Assembly: GCA_934613415.1 (NCBI GenBank)
Contig: CAKTSY010000005.1
Coordinates: forward strand, 180,518 to 212,517
DNA: 32,000 nucleotides
Direction: 5' to 3'
From: an uncultured Opitutales bacterium
GTDB lineage: Bacteria > Verrucomicrobiota > Verrucomicrobiia > Opitutales > Intestinicryptomonadaceae
In this document: in pieces, positions 9,581 through 19,037 of the stretch
Numbering within the stretch: the stretch's first letter is position 1
How the letters are laid out: each line of letters starts with the position of its first letter
The notes under the pieces: model-generated
What the model was told of the DNA's origin: nothing
What the model saw: only the letters and a program-made list of their open reading frames with translations
Database searches by the model: none
Program-made: the position numbers and the translations under genes

Positions 9581-9760
9581 ATGAGCGGTTTAGTACAATG
9601 GTCATCTAAAGCAAAGAATAAGCCCCAGACAAAGAGAGCGGGCAAAAAGCCCAATCCCCAGCGTCAACGCGCACTCGCGCTCCGCAAAAGGAAGGCAAAC
9701 GAATCGGCGGTAAAGGCTATTGCTGTTGCCAAACGCAGAGAGCAAAAGGCTCAAGCTTAA
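9581..9760 (+). CDS. Unannotated 59-aa highly basic small protein (below the ORF-track cutoff)
   Basis: ATG 9581 is preceded by AGGA (9570-9573, 7-nt spacer). Translation: MSGLVQWSSKAKNKPQTKRAGKKPNPQRQRALALRKRKANESAVKAIAVAKRREQKAQA (18 K/R, 2 E). It ends 25 nt before rpmB on the same strand. Confidence 0.45.
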   Translation: MSGLVQWSSKAKNKPQTKRAGKKPNPQRQRALALRKRKANESAVKAIAVAKRREQKAQA

Positions 9761-9785
9761 TTTTATAGGAAGGTATCTTAATACA

Positions 9786-10016
9786 ATGGCAAGAATATGT
9801 TCAGTAACAGGTAAGCGTCCCGTAGCCGGCCGCAAAATCATACACAAAGGTCAAAGCAAAAAGAGCGGCGGTATCGGTTTGCAGCTTGTAAAACAGGTTA
9901 ACCGCACTTTTAAGCCCAATGTTCAGCGTGTTCGCGTTCGCACCGAAAGTGGCGCAATTAAACGCGTTTGGGTAAGCGCAAAGGCTCTTAAAGCCGGCTT
10001 GGTAGAAAAAGCCTAA
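9786..10016 (+). CDS. rpmB: 50S ribosomal protein L28
   Basis: MARICSVTGKRPVAGRKI... is the typical L28 N-terminus. The start is moved to ATG 9786. Confidence 0.92.
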   Translation: MARICSVTGKRPVAGRKIIHKGQSKKSGGIGLQLVKQVNRTFKPNVQRVRVRTESGAIKRVWVSAKALKAGLVEKA

Positions 10017-10042
10017 GCTTTTTAGTTCACACCTTTTAAAAA

Positions 10043-10069
10043 ACCGCAATTCATGTTGCGGTTTTTTTG
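10043..10069 (+). terminator. Rho-independent terminator of rpmB
   Basis: ACCGCAA ttcatg TTGCGGT followed by T7. Confidence 0.7.
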
Positions 10070-10129
10070 TGCGCATATTGTGCACATATTCTGCAAGCTT
10101 TACGCAAAAATATTTGCATTTTTATATAT

Positions 10130-10157
10130 AAAAAAAGCGCGGATAAAAAACCGCGCT
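10130..10157 (-). terminator. Rho-independent terminator of the GH28/phosphoesterase operon
   Basis: GCGCGG ataaaaaa CCGCGC. On the minus strand the stem is followed by a T7 run (A-run 10130-10136 on plus). Confidence 0.6.
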
Positions 10158-10193
10158 CTATAAATTTTTGGAATTTGTCCCAAATTTTGTGCC

Positions 10194-11138
10194 CTAGCAA
10201 ATTGTGATTTCCTGAAGCTCTTTTTTAAAGGCGGCGTCTGCACAAGTTTGAACTGCACCGCTTTCGAAAGTATCGTTAATTTGCATATGCAAGTGCCCGC
10301 ACAAAACGCCCTTTACAAGCTTTTCGCGCTTTATTTGGGCTGCAAACATTTCGGTAAACGCCGAAGCCCTCTGGCTTAGCACGCCCTTGTTGCCGAAATT
10401 TTCCGCCAAATATTGCAACTTTTCCAGTGGGGTTGCGCACAAATTGGGGCTTTTGTTTTCGGGGTCCGACAAAAACTGCTCGTAAAACTTTTGCGTATAC
10501 AATGGGGTATGGCACAATATTATTATAGGCAAGCCCCTTTGCACTTCCTTTAAATACAATTCGTACTGGCGCGGCGTAAAATTCATATTGGCGTTGTCTA
10601 TCGAAATTATATTTAGCCCGCCTACTATATGCGAGGAAAATTCCAAGTCGTACTTAAAACACGCCTTTGTTTTTTCTATAACTTCTTTTACGTTATATTC
10701 GGGCGCGGGGTTAACCCACCTAAAATATTCGTGGTTGCCCGAGCTAAAAACGTAGGTGTCTTCGGCAACCGATTCTTTTAAAAATTCGTAGCCTTTTTGG
10801 GTGCCGAAATCTAAAATGTCGCCCGTGCAAAGCAGCGGCATATTGCGTTTTTTTGCATATTGCACAATGGGCTTCCACAAATTTTGCGGGTTGCGCATAA
10901 GCTTGTTTCGCCCGTGGGCTTTGGGCAGGCTTTTGGGGTCTCTTTCGTCGCATATGGCCATATGCAAATCGCTAATATGCAAAAACTTTAAAGGTTTTTT
11001 TAATCCCGCCTCAATGCGAACTTTTGTTATGTTAAAATCAGCATCGTCTTCTTCGGCAAAAGCCTTCGCAAAAAGCACTGTCGACAATATGCCGACAGTG
11101 CCCTTTACTGCGCAATCTATAAAACTACGCCTTAACAT
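10194..11138 (-). CDS. Calcineurin-like metallophosphoesterase with Tat-like signal
   Basis: Motifs LHISDLH, GDILDF, GNHEY, LCHTP and GHLHM in canonical order. N-terminus MLRRSFIDCA... followed by a hydrophobic stretch. Confidence 0.85.
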   Translation of the reverse strand: MLRRSFIDCAVKGTVGILSTVLFAKAFAEEDDADFNITKVRIEAGLKKPLKFLHISDLHMAICDERDPKSLPKAHGRNKLMRNPQNLWKPIVQYAKKRNMPLLCTGDILDFGTQKGYEFLKESVAEDTYVFSSGNHEYFRWVNPAPEYNVKEVIEKTKACFKYDLEFSSHIVGGLNIISIDNANMNFTPRQYELYLKEVQRGLPIIILCHTPLYTQKFYEQFLSDPENKSPNLCATPLEKLQYLAENFGNKGVLSQRASAFTEMFAAQIKREKLVKGVLCGHLHMQINDTFESGAVQTCADAAFKKELQEITIC

Positions 11139-12574
11139 TATTTTTTTACAATCTTGTTGTTGAATTGGTAAACGTCTTTGCAGTCTATAAAGTTTATTGC
11201 GTCGGCGTCGCCTTTGGGTGCTTCAAAAATGCCGTTCATAATGCGTATCGAGTTTACGTCGTCGGCAACAATGGCGTGGCGGAATTCGCCGCCTATGGCG
11301 TTTAGCTGAATGTTGTCTAGCGTTATGTTCTTCGCGTGCCTAATATAAAAGCCGTATCCCGGCAAGTTGCCAAACATTCTGTTTTCTGGGTAGCCTGCAA
11401 TTTGTTCGGGAATTTTCTTTTCCATAAGCTTTTCGGCCTCTCTTTCTGGCATTGCGCCTTTCATATTAAATATGCAGTCGCGAACGATAACGTTTTCCAA
11501 CGCGTGCCCCGGAACAGAAGTTATGCTGTTTGAAAACCAGCTTTCCGAAGTTGCCGTAATGTTGCTTATAATAACGTCTTTTATATAGCTTTTTTGCTCG
11601 TCTTTGTTGCGGTGCCCAACCCTTATAAATATGGGTGTTTGAACATCTGTCATTGCAAGGTTCGAAACCGTTATGCGTTCGGCAAAACCGCCGTCTACAG
11701 CCTCTATTGCAATGCCGCCTATGCCAGTTATCGGTGCGGTTACTCCCGCGCTTTTAAAGTGTGTATCCCATTTGCGGAAGTTCGATTGCGTGCATTTTTT
11801 TAGAACGCAGTTTGAAATTGCAACGTTCCTAAAACCGCCTTGGTTTGCAGTGCCAAATTTTATAAAGTTGCAGTTCGACGAAATTATGCAGTTTGTGATG
11901 GTTATGTTTTCTACAATAAAGTCGCGACTATGGCTTTTTGGGCAAATTGCGTCGTCGTCGCAATCTATAATAGAGTTCGAAATAACTACGTTTTTGGCTT
12001 CAATGTCTATGCCGTCGTTATTCCAGTTTGCATGCGATGTAAGGTGTATGTTGTTTATAAACACGGTGTCGCACCTTTGCAAAAACAAATTCCAGCACGA
12101 AGACGCCGTAATCTTTATGTCTTCTATCCTTACATTTTTGCAGTCGGTTAAAATAAACATGTGCGCCCTGCCGCCTACTTCGCCTATGGGAAAGTCCGCT
12201 CCGCTGCCGTCTACCGTGCCGCCGCCTTTAAGACCTATGTTTGTTGCGCCATTTGCGCTTATAAAACGCCCCTTGCCGAAATTTTTTGCATTTGCCTTTA
12301 ATACCGTATTGGGCGAAAGGTTTAAGGTTACGTTGTCTTTCAAAAACAGCGTTTTGCTTAAAAATACGCCTCCGTCTTTTGGAAAAATAACCTCGCCGCC
12401 GCCCGTAGACGAGCATTCGTCTATTGCCGCCTGCAAGGCTTTTGTGTTGTCGGTTTTGCCGTCGCCTATAACGTTGCAAAATTCAAGATTTACGTTTTTA
12501 GCCTGCAAAGAAAGTGCGGCAAATACCGCGAACAATGCATAGGATACCTTTTTGAACATATTCGATTTCATCAT
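11138..12574 (-). CDS. GH28-like right-handed beta-helix glycoside hydrolase (polygalacturonase/rhamnogalacturonase-like)
   Basis: Signal peptide. Pectate-lyase-3-type N-terminus NVIGDGKTDNTKALQAAIDEC. GH28-type NNDGIDI and CDDDAICPKS. The stop overlaps the start of the phosphoesterase gene by 1 nt (TAATG). Confidence 0.8.
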   Translation of the reverse strand: MMKSNMFKKVSYALFAVFAALSLQAKNVNLEFCNVIGDGKTDNTKALQAAIDECSSTGGGEVIFPKDGGVFLSKTLFLKDNVTLNLSPNTVLKANAKNFGKGRFISANGATNIGLKGGGTVDGSGADFPIGEVGGRAHMFILTDCKNVRIEDIKITASSCWNLFLQRCDTVFINNIHLTSHANWNNDGIDIEAKNVVISNSIIDCDDDAICPKSHSRDFIVENITITNCIISSNCNFIKFGTANQGGFRNVAISNCVLKKCTQSNFRKWDTHFKSAGVTAPITGIGGIAIEAVDGGFAERITVSNLAMTDVQTPIFIRVGHRNKDEQKSYIKDVIISNITATSESWFSNSITSVPGHALENVIVRDCIFNMKGAMPEREAEKLMEKKIPEQIAGYPENRMFGNLPGYGFYIRHAKNITLDNIQLNAIGGEFRHAIVADDVNSIRIMNGIFEAPKGDADAINFIDCKDVYQFNNKIVKK

Positions 12575-12718
12575 ATATATAACAGATTAGTTTATAGAAC
12601 TTTTGCATAATAACCTAATTTTTACAAGGCGTTCAAGTTTAAAATTTACGAAATCTCTTATTAGATAAGTTTGATTATGCTTGCAAAGTGCAGATTGCGG
12701 AAATACAAATCTAGGCAT

Positions 12719-14284
12719 ATGATGAAAAAAATATCGTATTTATTAACTTCGTTATTGTTGTCGGCCGCGGCTTTCGGCTCGATTGAAATGCCTAGCATAT
12801 TCTCCGACAATATGATGTTGCAAAGGAACAAGCCCGTTAAATTTTGGGGCAAGGCAAAACCGAATGCAACCGTTAAAGTGGAATTTGCAGGCCAAAGCAA
12901 AAGCACCACAGCCGATAAAAGCGGTTTATGGTCGTTAAATTTAAACCCATTAAAGGCCAGCACAGAGCTTCGCAAAATTTCTATATACGAAAACGGCAAG
13001 CTAGACAAAACCATAAACGGCGTGCTTGTGGGCGAAGTTTGGTTTACCGGCGGGCAATCTAATATGGAGCTTTCCGTAAAAAACACCGACAATTTAAATG
13101 ACGCCTTGGCCCGCGGCAAATATCCTACAATTAGGTACTTTAACCAAAATGCCGCCAGCGTAAGCAAAGAACCTTTGTTCGACGCAAAAAAAGACAAATA
13201 CGCCCCCTATTGGCAAATGCCCAACGGGAAAAACATAGCCAATATGAACGCAGTTGCCTTCTATTTTGCCGAAGCCCTTAACGACGATTTAAGCGTGCCC
13301 ATCGGCATAATAAAGTCGGCACTGGGCGCAACAAGAATGAGCTGCTGGGTAGACAAAGAAACCATAGGCAAGGTTGAAAGCTTTAAAATAGACCAAAAAA
13401 CTTTGGACGACGCCCTAAAGAATTTCGACTACGAAAGGGATTTCCCCATTTGGCAAAAAGCGCGCAAAGAATACGACCAAGCTTTGGCAAAATTCAAAAA
13501 AGGCGAAGGCAAAAAGCCCAGAAACAGCGAATATTTGGCATATATGCCCATTCCCGAAAGCCCCTTTAGCTATAGAGGTATGCCCACGGGCTGCTTTAAC
13601 GCGGTTGTTGCCCCCTTTGCGGGCTACACTGTCAGGGGCTTTTTATGGTATCAGGGCGAAGGCGACGCATTCGGCTACCGCGTAAAGAGCTTCGAAAAGG
13701 CGTTTACTTCGCTTATAGACTGCTGGCGCAGCCATTGGGGCGACAAAACTTTGCCCTTCTATTTTGTGCAGCTTACAGCCCACAACCGCAGCACCGCCCA
13801 GTGGGGCGACGCGCGTTTTGCCCAGTATTTGGTTTCGCAACACGTTAAAAATACCAATATGGCGGTTACCATCGACTTGGGCATGAAAGAGGAAATTCAC
13901 CCGCCCTACAAAAAACCCATAGGGATAAGGCTTGAAAAGCTTGTGCTTAAAGAAGTCTACGGAGTAAAGAATTTAAACCCCTATTTCCCGAAATTTAAGA
14001 GTGTTTCGGCAGACGGAGACGATATAAAAATAACATTTGAAACCTACGGCAAAAAGCTTGAATGCAAAGGCAAGCCGCGCGGCTTCGAAATTTTGGTAGG
14101 CAAAAAATGGATTAAGCCCAAAAAAGCCGAGTTTAAAGACAACGCCGTTGTTTTGACAGACCCGAAGGCTTGCGATGCCAAAACGGTTAGGTATTTGTGG
14201 GAATCGTGGTGCGGCGACGACGTTTGCATTTTTGCCGACGACGGGCTGCCCGCAATGCCCTATAAGATGGATATAGACAACTAA
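12719..14284 (+). CDS. SASA-family (sialate O-acetylesterase-like) carbohydrate acetylesterase
   Basis: Signal peptide MMKKISYLLTSLLLSAAAFG (start moved to ATG 12719). GEVWFTGGQSNME and RGFLWYQGEGD blocks. Confidence 0.8.
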   Translation: MMKKISYLLTSLLLSAAAFGSIEMPSIFSDNMMLQRNKPVKFWGKAKPNATVKVEFAGQSKSTTADKSGLWSLNLNPLKASTELRKISIYENGKLDKTINGVLVGEVWFTGGQSNMELSVKNTDNLNDALARGKYPTIRYFNQNAASVSKEPLFDAKKDKYAPYWQMPNGKNIANMNAVAFYFAEALNDDLSVPIGIIKSALGATRMSCWVDKETIGKVESFKIDQKTLDDALKNFDYERDFPIWQKARKEYDQALAKFKKGEGKKPRNSEYLAYMPIPESPFSYRGMPTGCFNAVVAPFAGYTVRGFLWYQGEGDAFGYRVKSFEKAFTSLIDCWRSHWGDKTLPFYFVQLTAHNRSTAQWGDARFAQYLVSQHVKNTNMAVTIDLGMKEEIHPPYKKPIGIRLEKLVLKEVYGVKNLNPYFPKFKSVSADGDDIKITFETYGKKLECKGKPRGFEILVGKKWIKPKKAEFKDNAVVLTDPKACDAKTVRYLWESWCGDDVCIFADDGLPAMPYKMDIDN

Positions 14285-14571
14285 TGCAAAAAATCTACAA
14301 AAACGGGCGCGATTTTGCCATAGTAAGCCTTTTGGGCATTTGCAACTACCTGGCTGCGTTCTCGTTTTTGTATTTAAAAAGGGCAAAAATTGCAATGGCG
14401 CGCAACAACCGCCGCGCCTTTGTAGCCAACATAAAAAAGTCAAACGCCTTTGCATCTTGGGGCATTTTACCGTGCACAATTATAAATTTGGCAATTTTGT
14501 ATTTCTTTATTGTTTGGCTTATAAAATTTCTGCAACCTATTGCAAAACAGTTCGGTTTTTACATACCTTAG
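14284..14571 (+). CDS. Possible small two-TM membrane protein (weak call)
   Basis: The ATG overlaps the esterase stop (TAATG). Two hydrophobic segments flank a basic loop (KRAKIAMARNNRRAFVANIKK). No homology recognised; it could be non-coding. Confidence 0.3.
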   Translation: MQKIYKNGRDFAIVSLLGICNYLAAFSFLYLKRAKIAMARNNRRAFVANIKKSNAFASWGILPCTIINLAILYFFIVWLIKFLQPIAKQFGFYIP

Positions 14572-14591
14572 GCACTATTATCAATAAAAGC

Positions 14592-14620
14592 TTGACAATG
14601 TGTGCATAAGAATACAGCAT
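14592..14620 (+). promoter_or_regulatory. Candidate sigma-70 promoter of nusA
   Basis: Perfect -35 TTGACA (14592-14597), 17-nt spacer, weak -10 CAGCAT (14615-14620). Confidence 0.35.
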
Positions 14621-14649
14621 TGTGCGAAAATTAAGTACTCTCGATTAGG

Positions 14650-14677
14650 AGTGGGGCGTTGGCTTCCACTTTTTTTT
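14650..14677 (+). terminator. Weak terminator-like hairpin plus T8 in the nusA leader
   Basis: AGTGG (14650-14654) ... CCACT (14666-14670) followed by T8. AGTGGGG could alternatively pair with CCCCACT at 14690-14696. Confidence 0.3.
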
Positions 14678-14712
14678 GTCAGTACACAACCCCACTAGAA
14701 AAGAGGACACCC

Positions 14713-15966
14713 ATGAGCAACAACAACGGAGTTTTGGCACTTCTCGAATATTACGAGAAAGACAAGAATATAAGCAGAAGCGATATGATAGAAATCATTA
14801 TCGCCGCCATAAAAAACGCTGCGGCAAAACGCTATGCGGGTCAGGAGCTTAAAGTTGAAATCAACCCTAAAACGGGCGCGGTAAAAGCCTGGCAGGTGTT
14901 CACAATAACCGACTCGGTGGCAGACCCTGCAACCGAAATGCACATCGACAAAGCCCGCCTTTATACCGACAACCCCCAAATTGGCCAGCAGCTACTTAAA
15001 GATGTAGACTTAGACGTAATCTTGGGCAGAATAGACGTTAAAAACGTTCAGCAGATTTTGATGCAGAAAATCCGCAACAACGAAAAAGATCGCATTTACG
15101 AAGACTTTAAAGACCAAGTTGGCGACGTTGTAACTGGCATTGTGCGCCGCCGCGAAAAAGGCAACATTATTGTAGACTTAGGCAAGGCCGAAGCTTTGCT
15201 TTTAAAGCGCGAATGCATACCCGGCGAAGACTACGGCGCGGGCGACCAAATTCGTTGCCTTTTGCTTGAAATAGAAAACTCTATGCGCGGCAACGAGATA
15301 ATTTTAAGCAGGGCTTCGTATAAGTTTGTAAGAAGGCTTTTCGAGCTTGAAGCAAGCGAAATTGCCGATGGCTCGGTTACAATAGAAGCCATTGCACGCG
15401 AACCCGGCTATAGAACAAAGATTGCCGTTTCTAGCGCAGACCCGAAAATTGACCCCGTAGGTGCTTGCGTAGGCGCGGGCGGCTCGAGGGTAAAGAGCAT
15501 TGTAAGGGAGCTTAACGGCGAAAAGATAGACGTTATTAAATATAGCGACGACCCGAAAACACTCTTGGAAGAATGTGTAAAACCCGCCCAAGTTAAAAAT
15601 ATAAAGATTTTTGAAGACCAAAAGCGCATATATTTTGAAGTTGCCGAAGCCGACTATTCTTTGGTTATAGGCAAGCGCGGCTCGAACGCAAAGCTTACTT
15701 CTAGGCTTTTGGGTTGGAAGCTCGACATTCAAAAAGAATCTCAGCAAGACACAACTTTGGAAGACAAAGTTCAAAGGGCTGCAGGTTCTTTGGCGCAAAT
15801 TTTGCCGAACTTGTCGGAACATCAGGCAACGTTGTTGGCAAACAGCGGCATTAACAGTGCCGACGCCTTTGAAGGCGTAGAGGAAGCCGACTTGGTTGAA
15901 ATGGGCTTTTCGCCCGCCGAAGCGGCAGAACTTTTAACGCAGGTAAACAAACACCTCGGCAAATAG
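14713..15966 (+). CDS. nusA: Transcription termination/antitermination factor NusA
   Basis: The start at ATG 14713 is preceded by AGAGGA. S1 region and two KH domains (GACVGAGGSRVKSIVREL, VIGKRGSNAKLTSRLLGW). Confidence 0.92.
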   Translation: MSNNNGVLALLEYYEKDKNISRSDMIEIIIAAIKNAAAKRYAGQELKVEINPKTGAVKAWQVFTITDSVADPATEMHIDKARLYTDNPQIGQQLLKDVDLDVILGRIDVKNVQQILMQKIRNNEKDRIYEDFKDQVGDVVTGIVRRREKGNIIVDLGKAEALLLKRECIPGEDYGAGDQIRCLLLEIENSMRGNEIILSRASYKFVRRLFELEASEIADGSVTIEAIAREPGYRTKIAVSSADPKIDPVGACVGAGGSRVKSIVRELNGEKIDVIKYSDDPKTLLEECVKPAQVKNIKIFEDQKRIYFEVAEADYSLVIGKRGSNAKLTSRLLGWKLDIQKESQQDTTLEDKVQRAAGSLAQILPNLSEHQATLLANSGINSADAFEGVEEADLVEMGFSPAEAAELLTQVNKHLGK

Positions 15967-15998
15967 AATTTGTAGGTAGCAAAACCAACAATTAAGGG

Positions 15999-16033
15999 AA
16001 GGCAGGGGTTTTATACCCCGCCTTTCTTTTTTT
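15999..16033 (+). terminator. Rho-independent terminator after nusA
   Basis: AAGGC(A)GGGG ttttata CCCCGCCTT followed by TCTTTTTTT. Confidence 0.65.
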
Positions 16034-16081
16034 GCATTCCGAAAAAATAGATATGCAAAAATTTCGGCAAACTCTTTTATC

Positions 16082-16109
16082 TTTACAAATATTTTGCTTT
16101 AAATATAAC
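16082..16109 (+). promoter_or_regulatory. Candidate sigma-70 promoter of infB
   Basis: TTTACA (16082-16087), 16-nt spacer, TATAAC (16104-16109). Confidence 0.3.
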
Positions 16110-16163
16110 TGTTTACCTTACAAGTAAAATAAGGCGTATTATAAGCGGCAAAAAAAGGAACAA

Positions 16164-18662
16164 ATGAGCGTAAGAATATACGAATTGGCAAAGGAACTTA
16201 ACGTTCCAAACAAAGAGCTTTTGGCATTTATACAAGAGCGCGTTAAGCAGTACGACAATTTGGTGGTAAAGACACCGTCGAGCGGCATTATGCCCATATA
16301 CGCCGATATGATTAAGGCCGACTACCTAAAATTTAAAGCTAAAGCAGCCGAAGCCGCCCCAAAACAAGAGGCTAAAAAGGAAGAACCCAAGCCTCAAGAG
16401 CAGACCACGGCGGCAAATACGGCTCCCCAAAAAGAAGAAGAGCCTAAAAAGCAGGAAGAAGCAAAAGAACAACCCATAGAGGCGAAAGCTGCAGAGGAAG
16501 TTCGCCCCGCGGCAAATAAGCCTGCAGTGGCTGTTCCCCCAAAGCCGGCAAGCAAGCCCGCAGTTGTGCCTGCACAAAAGCCCGTTGCGGTAAATAAGCC
16601 CGCAGTTGTTGTTCCGCCTGCACCAGGCAAGCCTGCAACTTTGGTACCGCCTATGGCAAAACCCGCAGTGCCCAACAAGCCTGCAGTGGCAGTTCCCCCG
16701 GTTTCAAGGCCTGCAACTCTTATACCTCCTAGCAGGCCCGCAACTGTAGTTCCTCCTTCCAACAAGCCTGCAAGCTTAGTTCCTCCAATAAAGGCAAGGC
16801 CGCAAACAATAGTGCCCCCCTCGCCTTCTGCCAACAAACCTGCAGTGCTTTCGCCCAATGCGCAAAGCCAGCAGCAAGCCGAGGCTCCAAAGAATAAAAA
16901 CATTCAAATTAAGCCTCCTATTATTGTAAGAGACTTTGCAAAACTTATAGACCTAAAGCCCTTTAGGCTTATATCCGAACTTATGGATATGGGCATTTTC
17001 GCTTCGATGAACCAAACTCTCGAAGAAAACATAGCCCTGAAAATTGCCGAAAAGCACGGATATGTTTTAGACATAAAGCACAGGGGCGAAAGTGCTCAAC
17101 CCAAAGTTAAGGTTGAAAAACCCAAGTACGACGACCCGAAAGACTTGGCACCAAGGCCGCCCATTGTATGTATTTTAGGGCACGTCGACCACGGCAAAAC
17201 AACCTTGCTAGACACTATCAGAAACACGAATGTTGTTGCCGGCGAAGCGGGCGGTATTACGCAGCACACTGCAGCCTATCAGGTTGAATGCAACGGCAAA
17301 AAAATAACATTTATCGACACCCCGGGGCACGCCGCATTCTCTAAAATGAGGGAAAGAGGCGCAAACGTAACCGACATTGCAATTCTTGTTGTTGCAGCCG
17401 ACGACGGCTTTATGCCCCAAACCGAAGAAGCTTTGGCATTTGCACAAAAAGCTGGCGTTCCAGTAATTGTTGCAATAAACAAGATGGACGCAAAAGGCGC
17501 AAACATAGACAACGTAAAACGCCAAATGCAAGCCCGCGGCATTTCGCCCGAAGACTGGGGCGGCGAAACTTTGTGCTGCCCCGTTTCGGCACTAAAAGGC
17601 ACAAACATTAACGACTTGCTAGAACTTGTTCTTTTGCAGGCCGAAATGATGGAGCTTAAGGCAAACCCGAAAAGACCCGTAGAAGGCACAATTATAGAAA
17701 GCCAAGTTGAACAAGGCAGAGGCGCAACCGCAACTGTTATTGTACGCCAAGGCACGCTTAAGCCGGGCGACACAATTTACTGCTTGGGCAACTACTGCCG
17801 CGTTCGCGCCCTTATAGACGACAAGGGCAAGAAGATGGACAAAGCCCTGCCTGGCACCCCCGCCCTTGTTATGGGTTGGACGGGAGCCCCCGAAGACGGC
17901 GAAACCTTCTACAAAGCAGAGAACGAAAAGAAGGCACGAAGAATTACCGAAGAATATTTGGACGAAAAGAAAAAGCTTGAAAGCCAAAATCTTGCCCCCA
18001 AAGCCGCAAGCCTTGAAGACCTTATGGCGGCAATTGCCAACAAGAACAAAAAGATATTTAAGTGCGTTGTAAAAAGCGATGTAAGCGGCACGGTAGAAGC
18101 CCTTTGCGCCTGCTTAAAAGACATTAAATCTACAAAGGTAGATATGGAAATTATAGGCTCGTCGGTTGGGCTTATAACCAAAAACGATGTGGAAATGGCG
18201 GCAACTTCGCAGGCGAACATTGTAGCCTTCAACGTAAAACCCGAAAACGGCGTTGTTGCCGAGGCAAAACACGCCGGGGTAACCATTATAACCCACAATA
18301 TTATCTACGAATTGCTAAACCAGGTTAAAGACGCAATGAAGAACCTGCTAGACCCCGAATTGCGCGAAAACAAATTGGGTATGGCACAGGTACGCCAAGT
18401 GTTTACGGTTTCAAAATTCGGCAATATTGCAGGCTGCATGGTAACCGAAGGCGTTATGAAAAGAGACAAGCTTGCCAGAGTGTTCCGCAAAGACAAAGAG
18501 CTTTGCAACGGCAGAATCGGCACGCTTAAACGCTTTAAAGACGACGCTTCCGAAGTTAAGGCGGGCTACGAATGCGGTATTAACGTTAACGGTTTCGACG
18601 ACTACAAGGAAGGCGACTCGATTGAGTGCTACGAAATTGTCGAAATTCGCCCCGACTTATAA
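16164..18662 (+). CDS. infB: Translation initiation factor IF-2
   Basis: N-terminal [15 protein letters not shown] domain [26 protein letters not shown]. Conserved C-terminal domains. Confidence 0.95.
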   Translation: MSVRIYELAKELNVPNKELLAFIQERVKQYDNLVVKTPSSGIMPIYADMIKADYLKFKAKAAEAAPKQEAKKEEPKPQEQTTAANTAPQKEEEPKKQEEAKEQPIEAKAAEEVRPAANKPAVAVPPKPASKPAVVPAQKPVAVNKPAVVVPPAPGKPATLVPPMAKPAVPNKPAVAVPPVSRPATLIPPSRPATVVPPSNKPASLVPPIKARPQTIVPPSPSANKPAVLSPNAQSQQQAEAPKNKNIQIKPPIIVRDFAKLIDLKPFRLISELMDMGIFASMNQTLEENIALKIAEKHGYVLDIKHRGESAQPKVKVEKPKYDDPKDLAPRPPIVCILGHVDHGKTTLLDTIRNTNVVAGEAGGITQHTAAYQVECNGKKITFIDTPGHAAFSKMRERGANVTDIAILVVAADDGFMPQTEEALAFAQKAGVPVIVAINKMDAKGANIDNVKRQMQARGISPEDWGGETLCCPVSALKGTNINDLLELVLLQAEMMELKANPKRPVEGTIIESQVEQGRGATATVIVRQGTLKPGDTIYCLGNYCRVRALIDDKGKKMDKALPGTPALVMGWTGAPEDGETFYKAENEKKARRITEEYLDEKKKLESQNLAPKAASLEDLMAAIANKNKKIFKCVVKSDVSGTVEALCACLKDIKSTKVDMEIIGSSVGLITKNDVEMAATSQANIVAFNVKPENGVVAEAKHAGVTIITHNIIYELLNQVKDAMKNLLDPELRENKLGMAQVRQVFTVSKFGNIAGCMVTEGVMKRDKLARVFRKDKELCNGRIGTLKRFKDDASEVKAGYECGINVNGFDDYKEGDSIECYEIVEIRPDL
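16515..16856 (+). repeat. Degenerate in-frame tandem repeat, about 13 units of (K/R)PAxxVPP, forming the IF-2 linker
   Basis: Recurrent aagcctgca / aagcccgca nucleotide units. Protein aa 118-231: [35 protein letters not shown]... Confidence 0.7.
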
Positions 18663-18683
18663 TAAAAAACTGCTTTTTAGGAT

Positions 18684-19037
18684 ATGGGACAGCGTCAATT
18701 AAGGGTAAACGAGCTTGTGTTAAGGCAGCTTAGCGAAAGCCTGCACCAAAAATTCAGACAGGAAAGCGTTACCATAACACTGCTCGAAGCCGATGTTTCG
18801 CCCGACTTAAAAAACGCGCAGGTATACTATTCGGTTATAGGCAATAGAACCGATGTTGCGGCAGCGGCCCGCCTTTTGGCAAAGGCTAAAAACTTTTTAA
18901 GGTTCGAATTGGGGCGCAAAGTTATTTTAAAATACACCCCCGAACTTAATTTTGTCTACGACCCTTCGCCCGACCGTAGCCAAAGGTTAATGCAAATTTT
19001 CGACGAAATTCAAAAAGAGGAAGATGGCAAACACTAG
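18684..19037 (+). CDS. rbfA: Ribosome-binding factor A
   Basis: 117 aa. RVNELVLRQLSE...LKNAQVYYSV pattern and position directly after infB. Confidence 0.9.
   Translation: MGQRQLRVNELVLRQLSESLHQKFRQESVTITLLEADVSPDLKNAQVYYSVIGNRTDVAAAARLLAKAKNFLRFELGRKVILKYTPELNFVYDPSPDRSQRLMQIFDEIQKEEDGKH

Noticed and set aside
10069-10090. Tandem 11-mer GTGCGCATATT / GTGCACATATT between the rpmB and phosphoesterase terminators.
   Set aside because: There are only two copies and 22 nt, with no partner elsewhere in the window. That is too little to distinguish from chance.
16394-16903. 169-aa ORF with AGLL/GGT repeats that looks like a repeat protein.
   Set aside because: It is the reverse complement of the IF-2 KPAxxVPP repeat region. 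The repeat belongs to infB.
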